41,997 bases of DNA from a virus (taxonomy: Duplodnaviria > Heunggongvirae > Uroviricota > Caudoviricetes): positions 1 through 41,997 of the IMG/VR virus record IMGVR_UViG_2698536372_000019. One strand, 5' to 3'. Under the pieces are notes generated by a model. The model was not told the origin of the DNA and did no database searches. It was given only the letters and a program-made list of their open reading frames with translations. Made by a program: the position numbers and the translations under genes. Shown one piece after another: positions 9,768 through 20,823 of the stretch (positions are counted from its first letter, which is position 1; every line of letters begins with the position of its first letter).

Positions 9768-10069
9768 ATTCCGTTCTTCCTGCATACTGGGCATGTGTTC
9801 TCTGTGAAATATGGGAAACTATTATCCAGCTCATCTACCCACTGTTTATGGTCGAAGCAGAAAAATATCTCCCACGGCATTCCATATTCTTCCATCCATA
9901 GGCGGATCTGCATTTCTATTGGAATCGGCGGTATTGCAGACACCATATCAACAGGATAACAGTTCAGACGACGTTCCAGTTCTTCTACTCTCTTCTGGAG
10001 ATGAAATATCCGATCCAGATGCACACGCCGCTCCCGTGCCATTTTAAAATAAAGCTCGCCGGTCATCAT
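9764..10069 (-). CDS. small coiled-coil/zinc-ribbon protein, paralog A (101 aa)
   Basis: C-terminal W..F.C.DH..W.DELD.SFPYF.E..CP.CR shared with 10069-10353; TAATG coupling. Confidence 0.5.
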   Translation of the reverse strand: MMTGELYFKMARERRVHLDRIFHLQKRVEELERRLNCYPVDMVSAIPPIPIEMQIRLWMEEYGMPWEIFFCFDHKQWVDELDNSFPYFTENTCPVCRKNGI

Positions 10070-10353
10070 TAACTCCTACATTCAGGGCAAGAGTTCCCTT
10101 CCGCAAAATAGGGGAAACTGCTATCAAGCTCATCACACCATCTGCGATGGTCGTAGCACCAAAACGCCTCCCACGGTGCACGGAAATACTTCATCCACCA
10201 GGACACTCGATCAGGTATATCTGCTGGTGGCAGCTCTTCTGGCAATAATTTGCCTGATAATTCCCTTTCCGCCCGCGCCAGCATTCCTTTTAGACTCGCA
10301 TTCTCTTTTTCAAGAATATCTATGCGCGCCTGTAACTCAGCTTTCGTTGGCAT
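10069..10353 (-). CDS. small coiled-coil/zinc-ribbon protein, paralog B (94 aa from internal Met)
   Basis: ...WEAFWCYDHRRWCDELDSSFPYFAEGNSCPECRS; the first 27 codons of the six-frame ORF are probably not translated. Confidence 0.5.
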   Translation of the reverse strand: MPTKAELQARIDILEKENASLKGMLARAERELSGKLLPEELPPADIPDRVSWWMKYFRAPWEAFWCYDHRRWCDELDSSFPYFAEGNSCPECRS

Positions 10354-10540
10354 GGTCCGCCTCATGCTTTTCAGCCACCAGCGGCAATAAAGCCCTGGCC
10401 ATCTTATGAACCAACAGAGCATCGATAATGCCAAGCGTATGCCCCGGCTTAATGTTTAATGCCGCCTCAAGGTGACACCTTTCCAGGTCACTTTTCTCGG
10501 CTTGTTTATGATGGTCTGGCGTAATAACGTCGCCCAAAAC
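10337..10540 (-). CDS. 3' end of a gene truncated by the N-run
   Basis: ...PGHTLGIIDALLVHKMARALLPLVAEKHEADHANES; upstream part lost in the gap. Confidence 0.35.
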   Translation of the reverse strand, partial: VLGDVITPDHHKQAEKSDLERCHLEAALNIKPGHTLGIIDALLVHKMARALLPLVAEKHEADHANES

Positions 10541-10557
10541 NNNNNNNNNNNNNNNNN
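10541..10557. other. assembly gap J2 (17 N)
   Basis: N-run placed 3 codons before the expected ant stop. Confidence 0.95.
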
Positions 10558-11582
10558 GCTACTGGTTTTAACAAACCAGCATCAAGTAGCTTGCGAGTTA
10601 ACCACTGCTGGCCTTTACCCGTTAATTGGGGCGTCAGCCGTATCTGGTAACCATCTTCATCATCCAGCACCACTTCTTTCACCGTGAAATACCCGGCGTT
10701 GATGTACTGCTGGAACGGCACATTTTTACGTCCACCGGACGCTATCAGGATGCCGTTCCCCCGTAACCAGGCAAACAACGCGTTTTGCTTAAGCCCAACA
10801 ACCTTTGCAAAATTTCCAATCAGGATCCCCTTGGCCCCTGATACCCGGTCGGCAAAATCGACTTTAGGGGCGGCGGCCACCAGCTGTTGTTCCAACTGCA
10901 TTTTCTGTTCTGCCAACTCGGCAGCCAGGCGCAGTGCTTCGGGGAGTGTTTGGGGGATCGCTGGAGAAGCCGTGCTAGCCTGCTGCAATTCTTCCAGTTT
11001 GTCGATCAGCGAACGGCGGACCGCTTTTGACTCGCGCGCGGCGACTCGCAGGGCTTGTTTGAAAGTCATGGTGATAATGTCTATGTTTGCACCATTTTTG
11101 CGACCTACACTTTTTGTGTAGGTCTCACCTTCAAGCTCATCTACAACCTTCTCAATAAACTTATTATTTCTTACTAATGGTTCCCCACATAACTTACGCG
11201 CCTCATTAACCATCTTTAACAGCGTCTGGCTGTCGATTGTGTCTCCGGTGTTGGGGATAGCATCCATGACCGGTGCTGGTGTGGTTGCTGTCAAAGGCTT
11301 TGTAACGACAACATCTGGTTTGCTTGCTTTCATTCTGTGTGCCTCCTTGCGTGCTTCGGCTGCGACGGTTGCGTAATTCAGATGACCCTGTTCGAGCAGG
11401 TATTCGCGGATATCAGACAACAGGATACGGTGAACCGCGTTCTTGTCCTTTCTCCGGTAAAGTTGTTTGGTGATCATGAAGTAGTTGGCAATAACGCCTG
11501 GTATATCCCTGGTGCTGATACAGGCAGTGTGCTGTTCAATTGCCTCGATCATCTCTTCACGGGTGACTAATGACGTTCTCAT
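10558..11582 (-). CDS. ant: anti-repressor Ant, variant M3 (AntA-like middle domain), nearly complete
   Basis: N-terminal MRTSLVTREEMIEAIEQHTACIST..., distinct middle ...LLKMVNEARKLCGEPLVRNNKFIEKV..., KilAC-like C-terminus ...LTRKLLDAGLLKPV. Confidence 0.75.
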
Positions 11583-11800
11583 AGCCCCTCCTGAACAGAA
11601 GCGTTAACAGGGAGGCACCAGTAACTGAGAGAATTGCGCGAGTCAGTAGAAAAGCGTGCGGAGAAAATGCAGGGAGCATCCGGAAGCTGAGAACGTGCCT
11701 CATCTTCTGTTGGTGCGATAACGAAGTGATAGTGGCGTTTCTGGCAGGAGTAAAAGCGCCAGATAAATTCAGGGCGTGCGCAAGGATTGGCATTAACCAT
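11579..11800 (-). CDS. icd: Icd-like 73-aa protein, allele T2 (MVNANPCARPEF...)
   Basis: 73 codons, overlaps ant start; N-terminus differs from the T1 allele. Confidence 0.45.
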   Translation of the reverse strand: MVNANPCARPEFIWRFYSCQKRHYHFVIAPTEDEARSQLPDAPCIFSARFSTDSRNSLSYWCLPVNASVQEGL

Positions 11801-12050
11801 AGTTACGGCCTCACAATCAGGTTTAACAACCTGCTACCCGCTGTCNNNTCAGTAGAAAAGCGTGCGGAGAAAATGCAGGGAGCATCCGGAAGCTGAGAAC
11901 GTGCCTCATCTTCTGTCGGTGCAATAACGAAGTGATAGTGGCGTTTCTGGCAGGAGTAAAAGCGCCAGATAAATTCAGGGCGTGCGCAAGGATTGGCATT
12001 AACCATAGTTACGGCCTCACAATCAGGTTTAACAACCTGCTACCCGCTGC
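11640..12050. repeat. about 206-bp unit present twice, separated by NNN (11846-11848)
   Basis: direct duplication of the icd-prime region flanking an N-run (J3); likely assembly artefact. Confidence 0.7.
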
Positions 12051-12127
12051 TAAACAGGTGGCAGGACGTGACGGGGTTAGCAGACTGGCGATTGTGAAAC
12101 CAGCAGGCCGAAGCCTCCCCATCACGC
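12051..12127 (-). ncRNA. c4: c4-like antisense RNA, allele T2 (77 nt)
   Basis: same closing stem and UUCG hairpin as T1; internal segments UCACAAUC and CUGCUAA complementary to 12084-12091 and 12071-12077 partners (see finding). Confidence 0.45.
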
Positions 12128-12306
12128 CCCACCATAATTTGGGCGTAACGCGGTTTTACGGACACAAAAATACCGCAATATCGGATATCTGCGGCTGTCC
12201 GCACAATCATTCAGGCTGCTAAACCCGGTCGCAGAATTTGCTACGACGTAGGAACTATAAGCCTGAACAACAGGAAGATCAATAGTCTGGCGTCCAATAG
12301 TAGTTT

Positions 12307-12340
12307 ATTTGCCCCAATAAATCAAATTTATTAGAGCAAT
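12307..12340. promoter_or_regulatory. bipartite C1 operator: degenerate left half plus perfect site AAATTTATTAGAGCAAT (12324-12340)
   Basis: 17/17 match to reverse complement of consensus. Confidence 0.7.
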
Positions 12341-12450
12341 AACAATCTGGTTGAATGTTTCCTCTCTGAGGTTGCAATGTGCACACTTAGTGTATTATTT
12401 GTATGCACTAATAAATATATTATTTTTAATAATAAATAATTGACAACTGA

Positions 12451-12470
12451 CAAGTGACTTCAGTCAAAAT
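12451..12470 (+). promoter_or_regulatory. late-promoter-like element CAAGTGACT, 5 nt, CAAAAT
   Basis: conserved motif and spacing shared with 13781, 36264 and (minus strand) 5528. Confidence 0.5.
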
Positions 12471-12600
12471 CATCACACGCCCGGTACGGATGGATCCCTT
12501 TTCAAATATTCCATGGACGGCACAGTCTGAGTACCGGGCGCTACCTTCAGTTGTATTGCTAAGCCGCCGCTGGTGGCTTTTCTTTTTTGTAGGGGGAGCT

Positions 12601-13242
12601 ATGGATAAGAAAATATGCGTTGTTTCGATGAGCGTCGGCAAACCGGCGTCAATGACTGCTGCATGGATCAACAATGAGCTGATCATGGCTGAGCGGACCA
12701 GCTACCCTGAACGCCGCCGCGATATGGAACTCCAGCTTCTGCGCGAATTGCGAGAAAAAGAGGAAAAGGGTTTTATCGTGCTGGTGGAAGAGGAAAACAG
12801 CTTTATTACCGGTCGAGTTGGCCAGCGTGTAAGGTTGCGCGATCCCTTCATGAACGGCAGGCCGGTACTAATTGAAGCAATGCAGATTTACAAGGAGCTG
12901 GAACGCCAGAAAGCGATCAAGTTACCGCGCAAGGAATCCGGCAAATACATCCTCCACCAAAGCATCTTCGATTCCGAACACGATAAAAAAGGCGATGAAT
13001 TTTTCAACATCAACTGGAGCGAAATAACAACAGAGCATGTTCTGACATTGTTATGCTGTTTCGCAACGGAATACAACAATGTTGCCAGCGCCGACTACAT
13101 CAGGGCAATGGCTGGAGAAGTTGAGGCCCGCCAGGAACCATCGTTACTAAGACCTCTGATTAACATAATTCACGGAACCCAAACACTGGCGCAAAAACAA
13201 GTACCACAAGGGGAATTGACGGGTAAAGGTAATTATCTCTGA
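12601..13242 (+). CDS. hypothetical late protein (213 aa)
   Basis: ATG with AGGGGGAG RBS; the six-frame ORF start at 12454 is rejected. Confidence 0.55.
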   Translation: MDKKICVVSMSVGKPASMTAAWINNELIMAERTSYPERRRDMELQLLRELREKEEKGFIVLVEEENSFITGRVGQRVRLRDPFMNGRPVLIEAMQIYKELERQKAIKLPRKESGKYILHQSIFDSEHDKKGDEFFNINWSEITTEHVLTLLCCFATEYNNVASADYIRAMAGEVEARQEPSLLRPLINIIHGTQTLAQKQVPQGELTGKGNYL

Positions 13243-13281
13243 AAGATGCCCGGCGATAGACCGGGCAAAAGGGCGGAAAGT

Positions 13282-13530
13282 TTAATCTGCATTCAGGAGC
13301 AATGCGTTATCTATGATGATCTGCTCCCATTCTTCGAATGCCCGATCGCGGACCCCCTGGGGAACACTGTTTGTTTTGAAATCAACGACTGTCCGCCATT
13401 TCCCGTCCGGACGGTACATGCGCAGAGCTTTACTGCCCCCTTCCCTTCGCACCTCAACGTTATGCTTGTCAGCAAACTCTTGTAATGCTCGTAGCGTCCC
13501 ATGCTTTACTGTGTAGTATCGCTTTTTCAA
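13282..13530 (-). CDS. small 82-aa protein, weak HicA-like pattern, TTG start
   Basis: GGAGAG RBS before TTG; ...RREGGSKALRMYRPDGKWRTVVDF...; convergent with the 12601 gene. Confidence 0.35.
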   Translation of the reverse strand: MKKRYYTVKHGTLRALQEFADKHNVEVRREGGSKALRMYRPDGKWRTVVDFKTNSVPQGVRDRAFEEWEQIIIDNALLLNAD

Positions 13531-13780
13531 GTTTTCTCTCCAGCCTGTGCCAAGGCTTTGACGTCGAAATTATGTCCTATTCGGTTTTATTGTATCAGAT
13601 AGTGTGGACATATTATTTCACGTCCGGCGTAGTCGGTCATAGCTTTTGCCTTCCACCTTTTCCACGCCGTATCTAATCGGCGCCCGATGAAATGTTATTG
13701 CACTAATATATTTCAATATTTCGCTGACACTTGAACAGCGAAACACCCCCATAGATAGCTTGTTCATTGGTAATCCTTAA

Positions 13781-13800
13781 CAAGTGACTAGTGTTAAATT
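13781..13800 (+). promoter_or_regulatory. late-promoter-like element CAAGTGACT, 5 nt, TAAATT
   Basis: upstream of the portal-like gene. Confidence 0.5.
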
Positions 13801-13833
13801 CCGTTCAAACACGATGCGAATTATTCTAATTAA

Positions 13834-16564
<2,731 letters not shown>

Positions 16565-16569
16565 CCACC

Positions 16570-16632
16570 AAAAATAACCCCGGCGGCTGCCGGGGTATCT
16601 GAAATCACTGGCGGCCGAAAGGCCGCCTTTTT
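16570..16632. terminator. back-to-back rho-independent terminators
   Basis: plus strand GGCGGCCGAAAGGCCGCC + T5 (16610-16632); minus strand CCCCGGCAGCCGCCGGGG + T-rich (16570-16594). Confidence 0.65.
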
Positions 16633-16639
16633 AATTTAA

Positions 16640-17055
16640 TCACTCAGCCGCTACTGGTTTTAACAAACCAGCATCAAGTAGCTTGCGAGTTAACCACTGC
16701 TGGCCTTTACCCGTTAATTGGGGCGTCAGCCGTATCTGGTAACCATCTTCATCATCCAGCACCACTTCTTTCACCGTGAAATACCCGGCGTTGATGTACT
16801 GCTGGAACGGCACATTTTTACGTCCACCGGACGCTATCAGGATGCCGTTCCCCCGTAACCAGGCAAACAACGCGTTTTGCTTAAGCCCAACAACCTTTGC
16901 AAAATTTCCAATCAGGATCCCCTTAGCCACTGATACCCGGTCGGCAAAATCGACCTTAGGGGCGGCGGCCACCAGCTGCTGATTTAGCTGGTGGGCTTTC
17001 TGTTCCAGAAGTTGCTTTTGTTCAGCCAGTTCGGCAGCCAGGCGCAGAGCTTCGG
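16640..17055 (-). CDS. ant: Ant C-terminal (KilAC-like) fragment, 5'-truncated by the N-run
   Basis: ...AAPKVDFADRVSVAKGILIGNFAKVVGLKQNALFAWLR...KPVAAE stop. Confidence 0.6.
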
Positions 17056-17066
17056 NNNNNNNNNNN
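17056..17066. other. assembly gap J4 (11 N)
   Basis: sequence on the two sides is unrelated. Confidence 0.95.
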
Positions 17067-17220
17067 GCTGAACATTTTGTGATGAATGCAACGGAGGAGG
17101 AAGCGCGGCGAGGGCTTACTAGAGTGATGGCGGAATTTGGCGAACTCCTGGGTAAGGTAAACAATGCCCTTTCAATCAGTTCAGCAAGATCCAAAGCGTT
17201 AACAGCTTCCATGATGAAAT
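17067..17220 (+). pseudogene. orphan 3' end of an unidentified gene (...MAEFGELLGKVNNALSISSARSKALTASMMK stop)
   Basis: open frame enters from the N-run and ends at TAA 17218-17220. Confidence 0.3.
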
Positions 17221-17221
17221 A

Positions 17222-17247
17222 AAAAAGCCTGGCAAGGAGCCAGGCTG
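17222..17247 (-). terminator. hairpin AGCCUGG-CUCCUUG-CCAGGCU followed by a U-run on the minus strand
   Basis: read directly. Confidence 0.5.
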
Positions 17248-17352
17248 CACAAAAGAGCGGGTTTGTATTCCGCATCCAATCAATCAAGAAAGAGTATAGC
17301 ACACAGGTACTGAAGTGAAAAAATGTGATTCTCGATTAACAAAATATCTACC

Positions 17353-17376
17353 ATTGCTCTAATTGATTGCTATAAT
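17353..17376 (+). promoter_or_regulatory. C1 operator-like site (14/17) overlapping a TATAAT -10
   Basis: ATTGCTCTAATTGATTG then CTATAAT. Confidence 0.45.
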
Positions 17377-17436
17377 TGAGCCGCAGTTTTTGTCAACTAC
17401 GAAGACGTTGCCATTATAGACTCCGTGACATCATTG

Positions 17437-17460
17437 GCGGCCGAAAGGCCGCCTTTTTTA
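17437..17460 (+). terminator. GGCGGCCGAAAGGCCGCC + T6
   Basis: same hairpin as at 16610. Confidence 0.6.
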
Positions 17461-17461
17461 A

Positions 17462-18182
17462 TCATTCAGCCGCCACCGGTTTTAACAAGCCAGCTTCGAG
17501 CAGTTTACGCGTCAACCACTGCTGGCCTTTACCCGTTAATTGGGGCGTCAGCCGTATCTGGTAACCATCTTCATCATCCAGCACCACTTCTTTCACCGTG
17601 AAATACCCGGCGTTGATGTATTGCTGGAACGGCACATTTTTACGTCCACCGGACGCTATCAGGATGCCGTTCTCCCGTAACCAGGCAAACAACGCGTTTT
17701 GCTTAAGCCCAACAACCTTTGCAAAATTTCCAATCAGGATCCCCTTGGCCACTGATACCCGGTCGGCAAAATCGACTTTAGGGGCGGCGGCCACCAGCTG
17801 CTGATTTAGCTGGTGGGCTTTCTGTTCCAGAAGTTGCTTTTGTTCAGCCAGTTCGGCAGCCAGGCGCAGAGCTTCTGGAAGCGTCTGGGGGATTGCAACC
17901 GGTTGCTGTTCTTTTTGCCGGAAGTAGCTGTCTTCCAGTTTTTCAAAGAATGCCCATGCCTGATCGGTTTCGAGCATTTTAGCGTGGCGGGCTGCGCCGC
18001 GTTCTGTCCAGAGGGTGAGTGAGCGAACATTGCGAGCAATTTTTACAGAGTAGTTTAAAGCTACTCTGTGCTTCAACTCGCGCAATGATTCTCCTTCAAC
18101 TTTGAAAAAGTGCTTCCCTTCAACAAAGCGTACTTTGTTCTCATGATGATTTTGGCGAATACGGATTGTTTCTGTCCCATAC
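17462..18182 (-). CDS. ant: anti-repressor Ant, variant M2, 3' part (5'-truncated at J5)
   Basis: ...TETIRIRQNHHENKVRFVEGKHFFKVEGESLRELKH... through the KilAC-like domain to the stop; overlaps in sequence with the 5' part at 1-290. Confidence 0.7.
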
Positions 18183-18183
18183 N
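18183..18183. other. assembly junction J5 (single n)
   Basis: frame and homology break inside ant. Confidence 0.9.
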
Positions 18184-19227
18184 ACCCGTTAATTGGGGCG
18201 TCAGCCGTATCTGGTAACCATCTTCATCATCCAGCACCACTTCTTTCACCGTGAAATACCCGGCGTTGATGTACTGCTGGAACGGCACATTTTTACGTCC
18301 ACCGGACGCTATCAGGATGCCGTTCCCCCGTAACCAGGCAAACAACGCGTTTTGCTTAAGCCCAACAACCTTTGCAAAATTTCCAATCAGGATCCCCTTA
18401 GCCACTGATACCCGGTCGGCAAAATCGACCTTAGGGGCGGCGGCCACCAGCTGCTGATTTAGCTGGTGGGCTTTCTGTTCCAGAAGTTGCTTTTGTTCAG
18501 CCAGCTCGGCAGCCAGGCGCAGAGCTTCGGGAAGCGTCTGAGGGATTGCGATCGGTTGCTGTTCTTTTTGCCGGAAGTAGCTGTCTTCCAGTTTTTCAAA
18601 GAATGCCCATGCCTGATCGGTTTCGATCATTTTAGCGTGGCGGGCTGCGCCGCGTTCCGTCCAGAGAGTGAGGTTTCTGGCGTTCTTACCAACAGAGTTA
18701 CTAAAAGTAACTCTGTTCTTAAATTCCTTTAATTTTGAACCAGTTAAAAGAAAGTAGTGTTTACCTTCTTCAAAGCGATCGGAGTTGCAAGACAAATTTT
18801 TACGAATATTGCCTTCATCGGTTCCGTACCCCTTAGCAAGAGTTTCGGTTGTTACGACACGTACTCCCTGCCATTCCAGAACGGGAATTTCATCAGACTG
18901 ATTCTGAACAACCACCATCTCCGATTCCTGAACTGAAGGTGCATGAATTTTTTCTGATTTAACGTTAGTTGCTTTCATTCTGTGTGCCTCCTTGCGTGCT
19001 TCGGCTGCGACGGTTGCGTAATTCAGATGACCCTGTTCGAGCAGGTATTCGCGGATATCAGACAACAGGATACGGTGAACCGCGTTCTTGTCCTTTCTCC
19101 GGTAAAGTTGTTTGGTGATCATGAAGTAGTTGGCAATAACGCCTGGTATATCCCTGGTGCTGATACAGGCAGTGTGCTGTTCAATTGCCTCGATCATCTC
19201 TTCACGGGTGACTAATGACGTTCTCAT
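18184..19227 (-). CDS. ant: anti-repressor Ant, variant M1b, 3'-truncated at J5
   Basis: MRTSLVTREEMIEAIEQHTACIST...; ORF6N-like middle; KilAC-like region ends at ...LTPQLTG. Confidence 0.75.
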
Positions 19228-19445
19228 AGCCCCTCCTGAACAGAAGCGTTAACAGGGAGGCACCAGTAACTGAGAGAATTGCGCGAGTCAGTAGAAAAGC
19301 GTGCGGAGAAAATGCAGGGAGCATCCGGAAGCTGAGAACGTGCCTCATCTTCTGTCGGTGCAATAACGAAGTGATAGTGGCGTTTCTGGCAGGAGTAAAA
19401 GCGCCAGATAAATTCTTGGCGTGCGCAAGGATTGGCATTAACCAT
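19224..19445 (-). CDS. icd: Icd-like 73-aa protein, allele T3
   Basis: MVNANPCARQEF...; overlaps ant start. Confidence 0.45.
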   Translation of the reverse strand: MVNANPCARQEFIWRFYSCQKRHYHFVIAPTEDEARSQLPDAPCIFSARFSTDSRNSLSYWCLPVNASVQEGL

Positions 19446-19495
19446 AGTTACGGCCTCATGTACAGGTTTAACAACCTGCTACCCGCTGTCAAACA

Positions 19496-19572
19496 GGTGG
19501 CAGGACGTGACGGGGTTGACAGACTGGCGTACATGAAACCAGCAGGCCGAAGCCTCCCCATCACGCCCCACC
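19496..19572 (-). ncRNA. c4: c4-like antisense RNA, allele T3 (77 nt)
   Basis: differs from T2 only in two short segments that co-vary with the icd leader. Confidence 0.45.
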
Positions 19573-19745
19573 ATAATTCGGGCGTAACGTGGTTTACGGA
19601 CACAAAAATACCGCAATATCGGATATCTGCGGTTGTCCGCATGTACATTCAGGCTGTCAAACCCGGTCGCAGAATTTACTACGACGTAGGAACTATAAGC
19701 CTGAACAACAGGAAGATCAATAGTCTGGCGTTCGATGGTAGTTTA

Positions 19746-19778
19746 TTTGCTCTAATAAATCAAATTTATTAGAGCAAT
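19746..19778. promoter_or_regulatory. palindromic pair of C1 operators (TTTGCTCTAATAAAT / AAATTTATTAGAGCAAT)
   Basis: right half 17/17, left half 14/17; arms inverted around 3 central nt. Confidence 0.75.
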
Positions 19779-19824
19779 AAGCGGTGTCGTAAAAATCAAT
19801 ACAATCGCAATCATATGAATAGAA

Positions 19825-20823
19825 TCAATCATTACCTCGCGACGGTTTCTGCGTGATAAACGTCTCAAGCATCTTTTCCGCGATTGCCGACCAGGTGTGA
19901 CACTGGACCTTTTCAGCATTTTTCACGCGATCAACGCGAGCAATAACCTCATCCCAATCAATCCGCGACTTGATAACCATATGGTTCACCAAAGCCAGGC
20001 GATCTGGCGGAAGACAATCGGGAGGCGTTAATACCAACGCCCCGCACATTGCCGCCTCAAGTACAGTTAATCCAAGGCTTTCGGGATGCGTAACGATAAA
20101 CACGTCACTCTTACGCAATTCAGCTGCAAATTCGGTTGCTGGTACCGGCGTCCGTCTGTATGGGGTTACCGATATATTCCCCGGATCAATGGTAATCAAT
20201 CCGTCATCGGTCAACGTTCTGGCCTCATACGGAACGGTCAGACGCTGAAGGTTCATAAGGATACTTAAGGAGTGATCAAACCCACTAACATCAAATGCAG
20301 CGTGGTCTACAAAAATACGCAGAACATCGTCTGTTTTGGTTTCCAGATGGAACAGATCCTGATTCGCTGCCCATCCAACATGTTTGTTAAAGCGATTATG
20401 ACGCTCTAACCTGCCGGGATTATCCAGGTACCGCCAGGTATCATCGCGGACAGTAAAAGTAATATCGACTGGTGCCGAATCCAGCATAGAACCGTCGTAT
20501 ACCTGGGCTACCCATCCAGTGAATCGACGACGCAGTTGCACGCCTATTTCCCTGGGCACCGTAGTAAAATACCGCAATCCTGGCGCTAAAATGGCTTTCG
20601 CAGAACACGAGGTCGCAGCGGTCAACACAGCTTCAACATAATCCTCCGGGCTTTCGACGCCGGGGGAATATGGACGATGGAATTGCAATGTTACCCCTGC
20701 CTCACTAAAGGCGCAGGCCAGGTTGTAAGCCCACATTTCCGTATATGTTTTCACATCACTGATAGCTTCAAATTTTCGCCCAATGATCAGGATGTTCATC
20801 GGCTTTTCCTCATTCCATTGCAT
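19825..20823 (-). CDS. GT4-family glycosyltransferase-like protein (332 aa; P1 dbn position)
   Basis: EX7E motif ESLGLTVLEAAMCGALVL; immediately downstream of ban. Confidence 0.6.
   Translation of the reverse strand: MQWNEEKPMNILIIGRKFEAISDVKTYTEMWAYNLACAFSEAGVTLQFHRPYSPGVESPEDYVEAVLTAATSCSAKAILAPGLRYFTTVPREIGVQLRRRFTGWVAQVYDGSMLDSAPVDITFTVRDDTWRYLDNPGRLERHNRFNKHVGWAANQDLFHLETKTDDVLRIFVDHAAFDVSGFDHSLSILMNLQRLTVPYEARTLTDDGLITIDPGNISVTPYRRTPVPATEFAAELRKSDVFIVTHPESLGLTVLEAAMCGALVLTPPDCLPPDRLALVNHMVIKSRIDWDEVIARVDRVKNAEKVQCHTWSAIAEKMLETFITQKPSRGND

Noticed and set aside
12454-12600. Upstream extension of the 12601 gene
   Set aside because: Extension covers the late-promoter element; ATG at 12601 has a strong RBS.
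16640-17302. 220-aa minus-strand ORF
   Set aside because: Chimera spanning the 11-N gap; only the KilAC-like C-terminal part is genuine ant sequence.
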